Source: Chlorobiota bacterium
Lineage (GTDB): Bacteria > Bacteroidota > Bacteroidia > Bacteroidales > Marinilabiliaceae
NCBI GenBank assembly: GCA_013153405.1
Contig: JAADEM010000037.1
Coordinates: forward strand, 2,202-66,201
Direction of reading: 5' to 3'
DNA: 64,000 nt
Shown: positions 28,560 through 38,168 of the stretch, piece by piece
Layout: each line of letters starts with the position of its first letter
How positions within the stretch are numbered: the stretch's first letter is position 1
Made by a program: the position numbers and the translations under genes
The notes under the pieces: generated by a model
The model's database searches: none
What the model was told of the DNA's origin: nothing
What the model saw: the letters and a program-made list of their open reading frames with translations, nothing else

Positions 28560-30812
28560 TTATCTTCTTCTCATTCCACCTGCAGGCCTGCTGTAGCTTC
28601 TTGTTGGTCTGCTGTACGACCTTGAGCGGTTGTAATTGTAGTTACCTCTGCTCCGGCTTTGGTACGACCTGTTAAGCTGTTGCCTTGTTTTTGGCGAAAC
28701 AGTTGTGCTTGGCTTTGTTGCCGGCCTGGTAGCCGGTCTGGTTGCAGGTTTTTTAACAGGTTGAGTTGATGGACCTGTTGAAGGCCTTGTTGCAGGGCGG
28801 GTCGTCGGTTTTGTTGTTGGCCGTGTAGATGGTTTTTGTCCTGGTTTTCCTGTTGAAGGCCTTGTTGACGGTTGCCCGGTTGAAGGTCTTGTGTTTCTTA
28901 TAGGCTGCCATTTTCCACTCTTATCCCTTCTGTATATATTTCCGTTTCTGTCGGTGTAAACATTGTTTGGCCTTGCTGCCGGACGTGCTTTTCTGTTGAG
29001 GTCACGTTCCCTCATATTTGCTGGTATGCCGGCATATCTTATTCCGTTTTTTCTCTGCCGGTAAAGATTATTGTATCTGGCCTGCCTGTATCTGGCATTT
29101 GCCATACCACGTCTGTATCCATGATAATATCCTCTTCGGTAACCGTGATAAAAGCCGTGGCGGTATCCTGGATAGAATCCTCTAGGCCCCCACCATCCGC
29201 GGTATGGATGAAATCTCCAGCCTATCCATCCGTAACTAAGTCCGAATGAGAATCCCCATCCCGTATACGGATTCCAGTGTACTCCGAATCCCCATGTTAC
29301 AGGCCGTGGATAATAATAATGGCGATACCATGGATGATACCAGTAACCGGTTCCATAAACAACGCATCCGTGATAAGCGAAGGACCAAGTGTAGCCCGGA
29401 AGATATCCTACATATACCACATCGGGTGTGGAATCATAGATATAAACGTATTTTACGTTATATGCTTCTGATTCTGGCGGAATGTCATTTACCTCTTCAG
29501 GTCTTACATCACTTACTATCCAAGGACCGTTCGGGCTGTCGGCAACAAACCATATTGCGTCATCAACACAGTAATATTTGTTTTTTATCAGCAAAACAGT
29601 TTTATCGCTGTTTTTTGCTACCTGTACGTCGGTGTTTTTTATTTTTTCAAATTCAGGTTTTCCGTCCCATTTAACTTCAACCTTAGCAGTTTTGCGATCT
29701 ACTGTTGCTGTTTGCGGAATAGTTTGTTCCAGCAATGCATCTTCAGCTTCTGGAGTTCCGGGAACACTGACTCTTACTTCACCCATATCCGAATCTGCCG
29801 GGATTTTTGCAAAGTCTTCCGGCAGTTCTTCCGGCTCTACAAACTTCCAGTCCCCGTCTTCAAGGCTTTTTGAACGAAACCATCTGCCTGCAAGCAATAC
29901 ATAGTTGTACTGACCGCCAATTTCCATTACGATATCATCCGAAGTATTGGTTACATACAGCAGTTTTGTTCCTTCAATCGGGGCGTATTCGGGTTTGCCG
30001 TCGGTGGCAACAAGTTCCGAAGGTTTTGTTACAACTATCAGTTCCGGGGCTTTGTCAAGTTTTGCCGATGCGGAATCCAGCTTGTTTTCAGGAAGGTTTT
30101 TTTGAGCAAACTCTTTTATGTCATTAGGTACTTTAGCTGTGTGTTCATAACCTTGTGTTACATTATCAGAAATATACCAGAACTTGCCGCCTTTTATAAA
30201 ATATTTCTTTTTCTTTTTAACAATGAAAAACGGAGTGTTTACCACATATTCGAATTTTTCACCTTTTACTTCATCAATTATTGGATCCCCGTCGATTGTG
30301 ATAAGAACCGAAGGTTCTGTTCTGAAATAAATGTCGGGTGGTTTGTTGTTTAGGGTCACCGATATTTTTTTTATGTCTTCGGCCTCCTTTAATCCGGCCA
30401 GAATCCTGTCAAGAGACATCAAAAGATTCCATGATTCGATCTCTTTCTCAAGTAGTCCTGTGAATCTTACTATTCTTGCCGTATCAGTAAAGTTTGGGAA
30501 GTGTATTTTTGTTATATCTATCTTTTCGAGCAGAGCTGTGCGCTTGTCAAGGTCAGTAGCAAGACGGGCCTTGAACCATAAAGCACCAAAAATAATATCT
30601 TCTCCTTTGGGAGTAACGCTTAAGGCCATGCGTCCTTTGAGTATGTTCCCTTTGAACGATTCAAGTTGTGGCTGGTACAGAACAACAACAGTTCCGTTTT
30701 TTTCAATCTCTTTAGGCCACTGTAATTTTGTTGTTTCATTTTCTTTTTTCTGAGATGTTGCAATCTGCAATGAAGAGAGCAGAACAATTGCAGCTAAAAG
30801 TATTTTTCTCAT
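28560..30812 (-). CDS. Secreted hypothetical protein with a triplicated internal module and an Arg/Tyr/Gly/Trp-rich plus TRP(S/A)T-repeat C-terminal tail
   Basis: Track ORF 28560-30836. I prefer the start MRKILLAAIVLLSSLQIATSQ (30812). See the finding for the tail composition. Confidence 0.75.
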   Translation of the reverse strand: MRKILLAAIVLLSSLQIATSQKKENETTKLQWPKEIEKNGTVVVLYQPQLESFKGNILKGRMALSVTPKGEDIIFGALWFKARLATDLDKRTALLEKIDITKIHFPNFTDTARIVRFTGLLEKEIESWNLLMSLDRILAGLKEAEDIKKISVTLNNKPPDIYFRTEPSVLITIDGDPIIDEVKGEKFEYVVNTPFFIVKKKKKYFIKGGKFWYISDNVTQGYEHTAKVPNDIKEFAQKNLPENKLDSASAKLDKAPELIVVTKPSELVATDGKPEYAPIEGTKLLYVTNTSDDIVMEIGGQYNYVLLAGRWFRSKSLEDGDWKFVEPEELPEDFAKIPADSDMGEVRVSVPGTPEAEDALLEQTIPQTATVDRKTAKVEVKWDGKPEFEKIKNTDVQVAKNSDKTVLLIKNKYYCVDDAIWFVADSPNGPWIVSDVRPEEVNDIPPESEAYNVKYVYIYDSTPDVVYVGYLPGYTWSFAYHGCVVYGTGYWYHPWYRHYYYPRPVTWGFGVHWNPYTGWGFSFGLSYGWIGWRFHPYRGWWGPRGFYPGYRHGFYHGYRRGYYHGYRRGMANARYRQARYNNLYRQRKNGIRYAGIPANMRERDLNRKARPAARPNNVYTDRNGNIYRRDKSGKWQPIRNTRPSTGQPSTRPSTGKPGQKPSTRPTTKPTTRPATRPSTGPSTQPVKKPATRPATRPATKPSTTVSPKTRQQLNRSYQSRSRGNYNYNRSRSYSRPTRSYSRPAGGMRRR

Positions 30813-31090
30813 TTGATTGTATTTTAATAAAAACAAAGTAATGTAGTTGAAATATTTTATTCTTAATTAATCGGTGTGAATCCGAAAGATCGTAATTATA
30901 AAAATTAATATCCTTGATGTGATTAATTTATTTGTACCTTTATATTAAATAAACAATTAATATGGTTATAAAGTTTAGCATAGCTTATGTTATGTGAAAA
31001 GTTCCGGAGTAAAATACTTGAATTGTTAATTTAAATCACTTGTTTGCTACGAAAAATAATAACGATATAAAAAAACTAAATTCAAATCCT

Positions 31091-32635
31091 ATGAAGATTA
31101 TACTTGTTATTCTGGCAGTATTAACATTTACTGTGTCAGCATGTTCCGGTTCTGAAACGGGGAAAAGCAAAAAAGAGGTTAAACCAAATATTGTTGTCAT
31201 TTATTTTGATGATCTGGGTTACGGTGATGCAGGTGCATATGGAAGTAAAGCGATTCCGACACCCAATATTGATAAACTGGCCAAAGGAGGTATGAGGTTT
31301 ACACGCGGTTATTCATCTTCGTCCACCTGTACTCCGAGTCGTTATGCTTTACTGACAGGTAAATATCCATGGAGGAATAAAAAGGCTCATATACTTCCCG
31401 GCTCTGCACCATTGATAATCGGAACAGATGAACTTACAATACCGAAGATGTTGAAAAAACAGGGATATCAAACAGGAATAGTGGGGAAATGGCATCTTGG
31501 ACTTGGTTCCGGCAACGTAGACTGGAACAGGCATATATCTCCCGGACCTAATGAAGTGGGTTTTGATTATTCGTTTATAATGGCAGCTACTCAGGATCGT
31601 GTGCCAACGGTATACATTGAGAATGGAAATGTGTTGCGTCTTGATAAATCCGATCCTATTGAAGTAAGTTACAGAAAGAAGTTTCCGGGAGAGCTTACAG
31701 GAAAGGAGCACCCTGAGCTTTTAAAGCTTAAACCATCGCCGGGGCAGGGGCATACCGGAACTATCGTAAACGGAATTTCACGTATTGGTCATATGATAGG
31801 TGGTGAAAGTGCCCGTTGGGTAGATGAGAATATGGCAGATACATTTGTTGTAAGGGCTAAGAGTTACATAAAAACACACAAGGATAAACCGTTTTTTCTG
31901 TATTTTGCATTGCAGCAACCACATGTGCCCCGTACCCCGAATAAGCGTTTTGTTGGTAAAACAGATTTAGGACCCCGCGGCGATGTTATAGTTGAGGGTG
32001 ACTGGTGTGTTGGTGAAATAATGAAAACACTTGAGAATGAAGGTTTGCTAGAGAATACTCTCATTGTACTCACAAGTGATAACGGACCGGTACTTGACGA
32101 CGGGTATCAGGATGAATCGGTTGAAAGGAACGGAGATCATAAACCTTGGGGGCCATTCAGAGGCGGTAAGTACAGTTTGCTTGAGGCCGGAACAAGGCTG
32201 CCTTTTATAACATTTTGGAAAGGTCATATTGAACCCGGAGTTTCCGATGCAATGGTTTCACAGATAGATTTGCTCAACTCTTTTGCTTCATTGGTTGGCA
32301 GTGATGAACGCTCAAAAGACGGTGTTGATATTATGGATGTGTTTCTCGGTAAAAGTAATGCAGGCAGAGAATCTCTGGGCATTGAAGCAACCGGGCGTAC
32401 AGCCTATCGTAAAGGCAACTGGGTTATGATTCCTCCATATAAAGGTCCTTCCGTAAACTGGGTTAATCTGCCGACAGGTAATGCTCCTGTTGTTCAGCTT
32501 TATAATCTTAAAACAGATATCAGACAGGAGAAAAATGTGGCAGAGGAGAACCCTGAAATTCTTAATGAAATGATATCGGAGTATGAAAAGCTTACGGGAA
32601 AAAAGGTTAAGATGAAACTGGAAACTGAAAAGTAA
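31091..32635 (+). CDS. Sulfatase (arylsulfatase family)
   Basis: Track ORF 31040-32635. ATG at 31091 (MKIILVILAVLTFTVSAC lipobox). PNIVVIYFDDLGYGD, formylglycine motif CTPSRYALLTGK, TSDNGP. Confidence 0.88.
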   Translation: MKIILVILAVLTFTVSACSGSETGKSKKEVKPNIVVIYFDDLGYGDAGAYGSKAIPTPNIDKLAKGGMRFTRGYSSSSTCTPSRYALLTGKYPWRNKKAHILPGSAPLIIGTDELTIPKMLKKQGYQTGIVGKWHLGLGSGNVDWNRHISPGPNEVGFDYSFIMAATQDRVPTVYIENGNVLRLDKSDPIEVSYRKKFPGELTGKEHPELLKLKPSPGQGHTGTIVNGISRIGHMIGGESARWVDENMADTFVVRAKSYIKTHKDKPFFLYFALQQPHVPRTPNKRFVGKTDLGPRGDVIVEGDWCVGEIMKTLENEGLLENTLIVLTSDNGPVLDDGYQDESVERNGDHKPWGPFRGGKYSLLEAGTRLPFITFWKGHIEPGVSDAMVSQIDLLNSFASLVGSDERSKDGVDIMDVFLGKSNAGRESLGIEATGRTAYRKGNWVMIPPYKGPSVNWVNLPTGNAPVVQLYNLKTDIRQEKNVAEENPEILNEMISEYEKLTGKKVKMKLETEK

Positions 32636-33120
32636 TAAACAGTAAGAATCGGTAAGTCCGATTACGGTAAAACATATTTTCGTTTTGATGTGAGGGAATG
32701 CCCGCTAAACCGTGGATGAGGTCATTTTCTCGGATTCAATGCTCACGCACACTATTACTGGATTAATTCGGAGGAGCTTACCAAATGCGCACCCGATTCC
32801 AATCACGTGCCATCAGAAACCATATAAAGGAAGATCGCTGGTATAAAAGTTTTAGGCCGTGGTTATCTGGCCGGTATCTTTACTGATGAAGTAATAATAT
32901 AATTAGAAGAAAATAGAAACAAACTTTTTATTTCACTTTGGCATACAACTCGGTTCATCATATCATATATGAGGAGCCAGAAATATCTGAAAAAATAGAA
33001 CCTGTGTATACCTAATGCAAAAGCCTATCTGAAAATTCGGAAAGGCTGATTTTTATGTGAAAAATTACTTTTTCAGGAAGATTATGAATCAGGGGTAATG
33101 TATCGAAACATTTTTCTTGC

Positions 33121-34059
33121 CTAAACCTCCAGACTACTCAGATAGCGTTCTCCCGTATCGGGTATTAAGACTACTATCTTTTTCCCTTTGTTTTTGGGGC
33201 GGGAGGCAATTTCAACAGCGGCTCGTATTGCAGCACCTGACGATATCCCGCACAGGATACCTTCTTCAGAGGCAGCCAGTTTACAATATTTCACTGCATC
33301 TTCATCCAATACTTTTATTATTTCATCAATAAGGTTTGTGTTCAGCACATCAGGAATAAAGCCTGCACCTATTCCCTGTATTCTATGGGAGCCTGCTTTC
33401 CCGCCCGACAGTACTGGGGAATTTTCCGGCTCTACAGCTATCACTTTCAGTCCTGGATTTTTTTGTTTCAGTATTTCTCCGGTGCCTGTAATCGTACCTC
33501 CCGTTCCTATACCTGCAATGAAGATGTCCACATTACCGTTCATGTCTTCCCATATTTCCAATGCTGTTGAGGTGCGATGGGCTTCCGGATTTGCGGGATT
33601 TGAGAATTGCATAGGGATAAAGCTTTTGGGGAATTCAACAGCGAGTTCTTCTGCTTTTTTTATTGCTCCGTTCATTCCTTCCGCGGCGGGGGTGAGCACT
33701 ATTTCGGCACCGAACAGTTTAAGCAGCTTCTGTCTTTCTATGCTCATGCTGTCGGGCATGGTGAGTATCATACGGTAGCCTTTGGCTGCGGCTATCATGG
33801 CAAGGCCGATGCCTGTATTTCCGCTGGTAGGTTCAATAATAACCGTATTTTTATCCAACAGCCCTTTTCCTTCCGCATCTTCTATCATAGCTTTGGCTAT
33901 TCTGTCTTTAACCGAGCCGCCCGGATTAAAATATTCGAGCTTGGCGTAAACTTCAGTGTTTGTACCGGTTATCCGGTTTAATTTTATAAGAGGTGTTTTG
34001 CCTATCAGTTCTGTTATGTCTTGTGCTGTCATTCGATTATCAATTACTAAGTTACTCAA
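33121..34059 (-). CDS. cysK: Cysteine synthase A (O-acetylserine sulfhydrylase)
   Basis: [38 protein letters not shown]. Confidence 0.92.
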   Translation of the reverse strand: MSNLVIDNRMTAQDITELIGKTPLIKLNRITGTNTEVYAKLEYFNPGGSVKDRIAKAMIEDAEGKGLLDKNTVIIEPTSGNTGIGLAMIAAAKGYRMILTMPDSMSIERQKLLKLFGAEIVLTPAAEGMNGAIKKAEELAVEFPKSFIPMQFSNPANPEAHRTSTALEIWEDMNGNVDIFIAGIGTGGTITGTGEILKQKNPGLKVIAVEPENSPVLSGGKAGSHRIQGIGAGFIPDVLNTNLIDEIIKVLDEDAVKYCKLAASEEGILCGISSGAAIRAAVEIASRPKNKGKKIVVLIPDTGERYLSSLEV

Positions 34060-34077
34060 TTTATCAATTTCTCAACA

Positions 34078-35247
34078 TTAAAAAGCTTCGCGCAAAGTTA
34101 CGTAAACTGCATTGTCGCCGCGGTTTGTCATTCCGAAGTCGAGGCGGAGATTAAGGCCGTCGTCCGGAAGTACTTTGAAGCGAACTCCCGCACCTCCAGC
34201 AAAATGCAAATCTTTGAAAAATGAGTTGTCGAAATTGTTGAAAACCCTTCCTGTACCTGCAAATACCACAGCTCCAACTTTCCACCAGATATGCTGACGG
34301 TATTCGGTCTGTACATACCATGCATTGTCGTCGATATATTTCAATGGTGACGGTATTCCCCTTAAAAGTCGTTTTCCTCCCAGTGCGGACAATTTGTTAA
34401 ACGGAGTGTTCCCGTCGGTGATGTTCAGATATGCCTGTGCGGCAAGTACCATCTTGTCGTCTTTAATGCTGAAAAATTTTCTCAGATTAACATTGTAGGC
34501 ACTAAAACCGTAGTCGCCCAAAGAATTGCTGAAATACCAAAGTGAAGAAGCTGTTATATACCATCCTTTTGAAGGGTAAGAAATGTTATCACGTGTATCA
34601 AAAGCCACCATAGGTCCTATACCGTTTGCCCAGCCTCCTGCATATCCTGGAACATCCGGTGTGAGCAAATCACCGTTAATATCAGTATTGTCGGAATAGT
34701 TGAAGTCGGTTTGTAGGCCAATGAAGAATTTATCTTTCCATCCCTTAAGTATGTTTCCCAAAAAGGAGAATTGTTGAAGATTGTATTCAGAATATGGTTC
34801 TTCTTTGTCTCCGTTACCTATTCCGTAATACGTGTCGGGCAGATACATATACTGTGTTTTTACAATGAAAAACCATTGCCTTTGAGTGAATGCGACCATG
34901 TCAATATCAAAAGAGTACATTCCCTTGGTTGAGACCATAAAGTATGGTGCAATGGTTGTTGTCCGGGTATACTTGGATCCGGCTTCCTTATGTGTGTTAA
35001 TCTGAAAAACGGGCATAATACCAAATTCAAAACCCGTTCTAGGGGAATATCCGCCAACCGGGAAAAGCGAAAAGGTATACTTTGGTTTTTCCCATGTTAT
35101 CATATCAATCATACTATCGGCCAGGTCCGTTGTTTTGTCAATGAAGGATTTTTTTTCAGTCAATGTGTCGGAAACCTGTTCCTGTCCATTGATATGAGAC
35201 AAAAAAATGGAAATTGAAAAGATATATAAAAGAAAGCTTTTGTTCAT
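34078..35247 (-). CDS. BamA/TamA (Omp85, surface antigen D15) family outer-membrane beta-barrel protein
   Basis: Signal peptide present. C-terminal GGKRLLRGIP...FAGGAGVRFKV...LRLDFGMT...VYVTLREAF with a terminal Phe. Confidence 0.7.
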   Translation of the reverse strand: MNKSFLLYIFSISIFLSHINGQEQVSDTLTEKKSFIDKTTDLADSMIDMITWEKPKYTFSLFPVGGYSPRTGFEFGIMPVFQINTHKEAGSKYTRTTTIAPYFMVSTKGMYSFDIDMVAFTQRQWFFIVKTQYMYLPDTYYGIGNGDKEEPYSEYNLQQFSFLGNILKGWKDKFFIGLQTDFNYSDNTDINGDLLTPDVPGYAGGWANGIGPMVAFDTRDNISYPSKGWYITASSLWYFSNSLGDYGFSAYNVNLRKFFSIKDDKMVLAAQAYLNITDGNTPFNKLSALGGKRLLRGIPSPLKYIDDNAWYVQTEYRQHIWWKVGAVVFAGTGRVFNNFDNSFFKDLHFAGGAGVRFKVLPDDGLNLRLDFGMTNRGDNAVYVTLREAF

Positions 35248-35253
35248 CTGATT

Positions 35254-36492
35254 TTAAATGTTGTTTAAAGCACTTTCGATATCGGATATCAGGTCTTCTG
35301 TATCTTCTATTCCCACAGATAAACGCATCATCGTATCTTTTATTTGCATATTCTTTTTTTCTTCGGGCGAAAATTCGGCATAAATGGTTGAATCCGGATG
35401 TATAATAAGGGTTTTGTTATCGTTCAGGTTAGTTGCACGTCTTATCATTTGAAGATTGTTCATAAACCTGAAACACTCATCAATATTTTTTAACCCGAAA
35501 GTCAGGATTGCTCCGGGTTTATTACTGAACAGCTCCTTTGCAAGCCGGTTTTGTGGATGCGTATCAAGCCCCGGATAAATCACATTTTTAACAGCCGGAT
35601 GACCTGCTAAAAATTCAGCCAACTTAAATGAATTTTTCACGCTGCGTTCAACTCTAATAGCAAGTATGTCAAGCCCCAGGTTCATATAATGGGCTGTTTG
35701 TGCAGTCATTGAGCCGCCAAGGTGACGGAATATCTCTTTACGTATTTTAAAAACCAATGCCTTTTCGCCTGCATCTGCGAATCTTTTTAAAGCAGGAGTT
35801 TTGCTCCAATCTCTTCCGTTGTCAATTATCACACCTCCAAAAGCAGTAGCTCCGCCGCTTATAAATTTGGTTGCCGACATCACATCAATGTCGATTCCGT
35901 GTTGTTTCGAATTGAAAACACAGGGTGGGGTGAGGGTTGAATCTGCGATGGTAATCAGATTATACTTTTTTGCCAGTTCAGTAATTGCAGGAATGTCGGG
36001 TATCTCAAGTTGTGGATTGGTAATGGTTTCAAAAAATATTGCCCGTGTATTATTATCTATGGCACTTACTATATCATCAACAGAATTAATATTAATCCAC
36101 TTCACACTTATTCCCCACGACGGCAAAGTGTATTTAAACAAAGCATATGTATGACCGAAAAGATGATTTGAAGCAAGGATATTCTCCCCTTTTTCAATTA
36201 CGGCAAGTATTGCATTCGATATGGCTGCCATTCCAGATGAAACGGCAATTGCTGCAAAACCGCCTGTAACTGCCAGCATCTTCTGTTCAAAATATTCTAC
36301 GGTGGGATTTGATGTTCGGGAATAAATGTGGCTTTTTACCTTGTGAGTAAATACATCTTCCATTATTTCTGCCGAGTCGAACTCGTATGCTACACCATCG
36401 TACACAGGCATATGAAGAGCATCGTGTGTATCCGGCACAGGAAAAGGAGTGTGCAGGGCTTTGGTGGTAAATCCGTGTTTGTTATTCTTCAT
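35254..36492 (-). CDS. PLP-dependent Cys/Met-metabolism enzyme, O-acetylhomoserine sulfhydrylase-like
   Basis: TKALHTP..., IYSRTSNPTV, and the PLP-lysine context DVMSATKFISGG. Confidence 0.8.
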   Translation of the reverse strand: MKNNKHGFTTKALHTPFPVPDTHDALHMPVYDGVAYEFDSAEIMEDVFTHKVKSHIYSRTSNPTVEYFEQKMLAVTGGFAAIAVSSGMAAISNAILAVIEKGENILASNHLFGHTYALFKYTLPSWGISVKWININSVDDIVSAIDNNTRAIFFETITNPQLEIPDIPAITELAKKYNLITIADSTLTPPCVFNSKQHGIDIDVMSATKFISGGATAFGGVIIDNGRDWSKTPALKRFADAGEKALVFKIRKEIFRHLGGSMTAQTAHYMNLGLDILAIRVERSVKNSFKLAEFLAGHPAVKNVIYPGLDTHPQNRLAKELFSNKPGAILTFGLKNIDECFRFMNNLQMIRRATNLNDNKTLIIHPDSTIYAEFSPEEKKNMQIKDTMMRLSVGIEDTEDLISDIESALNNI

Positions 36493-36711
36493 TTATTCAG
36501 TTTCTGTTTTGTAAATATAAAACAAACAATAAAATGAATCGTATAAATAAAAGGAAAGATGTATTTGTAATACTACAAATGAAAGTGTATGATTTTAAAT
36601 AATTTTGTTGTTTTATCTTTGTTTAATGCTTTTATGCTTATATGTTTATCTTTATGTTGTTTTGGCCTTATCTTTGTAAATAATTAGTGAGGCAAGGAAG
36701 AAAGCAGAGTT

Positions 36712-37314
36712 ATGAGAGCTGGTTACTATGTTATATTATTTTTGTTGTTTTGGGGCTTGAAAAGCTCTGCGCAGGAGCTTAAACCTGTTTCAGGTTCAAA
36801 GAAAATATTTCTTGAAACCAGGGTTGTTCATGGAGACACATTGCCACACGTAACATTACATGAAATTTCGGTTGTTCCCAAATGGAAGTTTAAAAGTAAA
36901 AGAGAGTACAGGAGATATTCCCGTTTGGTACGTAATATAAAAAAGACACTTCCGTATGCCCGTCTTGCTGCAAAGAAATTACATGAGATTGATGCTCATA
37001 TGCAAACATTAAAAACGGATAAAGAGCGCAAGGAGTATCTTAAGGAAGCCGAAAAACAACTTTTTGCCGAATTTGAACAACCTCTCCGCCACCTTACTGT
37101 TTCACAGGGTTTTCTTCTTATACGTCTTATCGACAGGGAAACGGGTGACACAACCTATAATCTGATAAAAGAGTATAAAAGCGGCTTTGCAGCATTCTTC
37201 TGGCAGTCGGTGGCACGACTGTTCGGTTCCAACCTGAAAGCCGATTACGACCCCGAAGGAGATGAGAAAATGATAGAACATATTATTATTCTTATCGATA
37301 ACGGAATGTTATAA
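36712..37314 (+). CDS. DUF4294 domain protein
   Basis: Signal peptide present. LPHVTLHEISVVPKWKFKSKREYRRYSRLVRNIKKTLPYA matches what I remember of DUF4294. Confidence 0.65.
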   Translation: MRAGYYVILFLLFWGLKSSAQELKPVSGSKKIFLETRVVHGDTLPHVTLHEISVVPKWKFKSKREYRRYSRLVRNIKKTLPYARLAAKKLHEIDAHMQTLKTDKERKEYLKEAEKQLFAEFEQPLRHLTVSQGFLLIRLIDRETGDTTYNLIKEYKSGFAAFFWQSVARLFGSNLKADYDPEGDEKMIEHIIILIDNGML

Positions 37315-37339
37315 TAAAAATGCTATTTTTGGGTTAGTT

Positions 37340-37672
37340 ATGACCCAAATCCCTGTTAAGATAAGATATAATTTCCGTTGGTCACATCTGGAAGCTTGGT
37401 TCTGGTTTGCAGCTCTTGTCAGCCTGGCAATAGCAGCACCTACACATGAAACACATTTTTCATTCTGTATTTTTAAAATGATGGGAATAGATTTTTGTCC
37501 GGGATGCGGATTGGGGCATTCCATTATATTTCTGTTTCACGGTGATTTTAAAGAATCGTGGAATACCCATCCTTTAGCAATTCTTGCAGTAGCTGTACTT
37601 TTACACCGTATTGTTGTAATATTGAGAAAAGATATAAAAATATTGAAATTAAATACTGAAAAAAATGAATAG
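37340..37672 (+). CDS. DUF2752 domain membrane protein
   Basis: CPGCGLGHS motif between hydrophobic helices. Confidence 0.65.
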   Translation: MTQIPVKIRYNFRWSHLEAWFWFAALVSLAIAAPTHETHFSFCIFKMMGIDFCPGCGLGHSIIFLFHGDFKESWNTHPLAILAVAVLLHRIVVILRKDIKILKLNTEKNE

Positions 37673-38006
37673 GATTATTTCCATAATGCCTGAAATAGAA
37701 AGTGAGGAGGCAATATTTATCGACTCTCTTTTGAGAGATAAGTCTGAAGAACAGATTAAATCATTTGCAATGTTGTACCGGAACCGTCGCCGTGATCCGC
37801 AACTGGTATTGTTTACCGCATTGCTAGGCCTGCTTGGTGTTTCGGGTGTTCATCGTTTTCTTCTTAATCAGATTGGAATGGGAATTCTATATCTTCTTAC
37901 AGCCGGATTGTGTTTTATCGGAACAATAGTTGATTTGTTTAATTACAGGAATCTTGCTTTTGAGTATAACCAAAGAGTGGCTGTTGAAATAGCTTCTATG
38001 ATATAG
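37665..38006 (+). CDS. TM2 domain-containing membrane protein
   Basis: LLGLLGVSGVHRFLLNQIGMGILYLLTAGLCFIGTIVDLF. It overlaps the upstream stop by 8 nt. Confidence 0.7.
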   Translation: MNRIISIMPEIESEEAIFIDSLLRDKSEEQIKSFAMLYRNRRRDPQLVLFTALLGLLGVSGVHRFLLNQIGMGILYLLTAGLCFIGTIVDLFNYRNLAFEYNQRVAVEIASMI

Positions 38007-38015
38007 AAAATCAAG

Positions 38016-38160
38016 CGAGAATGTCCAAAAAGTTGTCATCCGAATGAAGTGAAGCCTGCCTGTCAAACTGTTTTGGTCTGGCTTCTCGTTCCCAAAATAA
38101 TCGGGACAAGCTGTTCTTTTCCGTAAAGACGTTAATGTTTTACTTTTTTGGACATCCTCG
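38016..38160. repeat. Nested-palindrome intergenic element, copy C (~145 bp)
   Basis: Left arm GAGAATGTCCAAAAAGTTGTCATCCGAATG. Right arm GACGTTAATGTTTTACTTTTTTGGACATCCTCG. It lies between the convergent TM2 gene and lpdA. Confidence 0.75.
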
Positions 38161-38168
38161 AAATAATT

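Noticed and set aside
32648-32670. RNase P-like GGTAAGTCCG motif
   Set aside because: It does not match the conserved GAGGAAAGTCCGGGC P4 region, and no other RNase P conserved regions are nearby.
33188-33778. 196-aa plus-strand ORF
   Set aside because: It is antisense inside cysK and is an Ser/Ala/Pro-rich shadow ORF.
36493-36711. Possible SAM riboswitch upstream of the metY-like gene
   Set aside because: The leader is extremely AT-rich, with no GC-rich multi-stem architecture or conserved S-box/SAM-II sequence elements visible.
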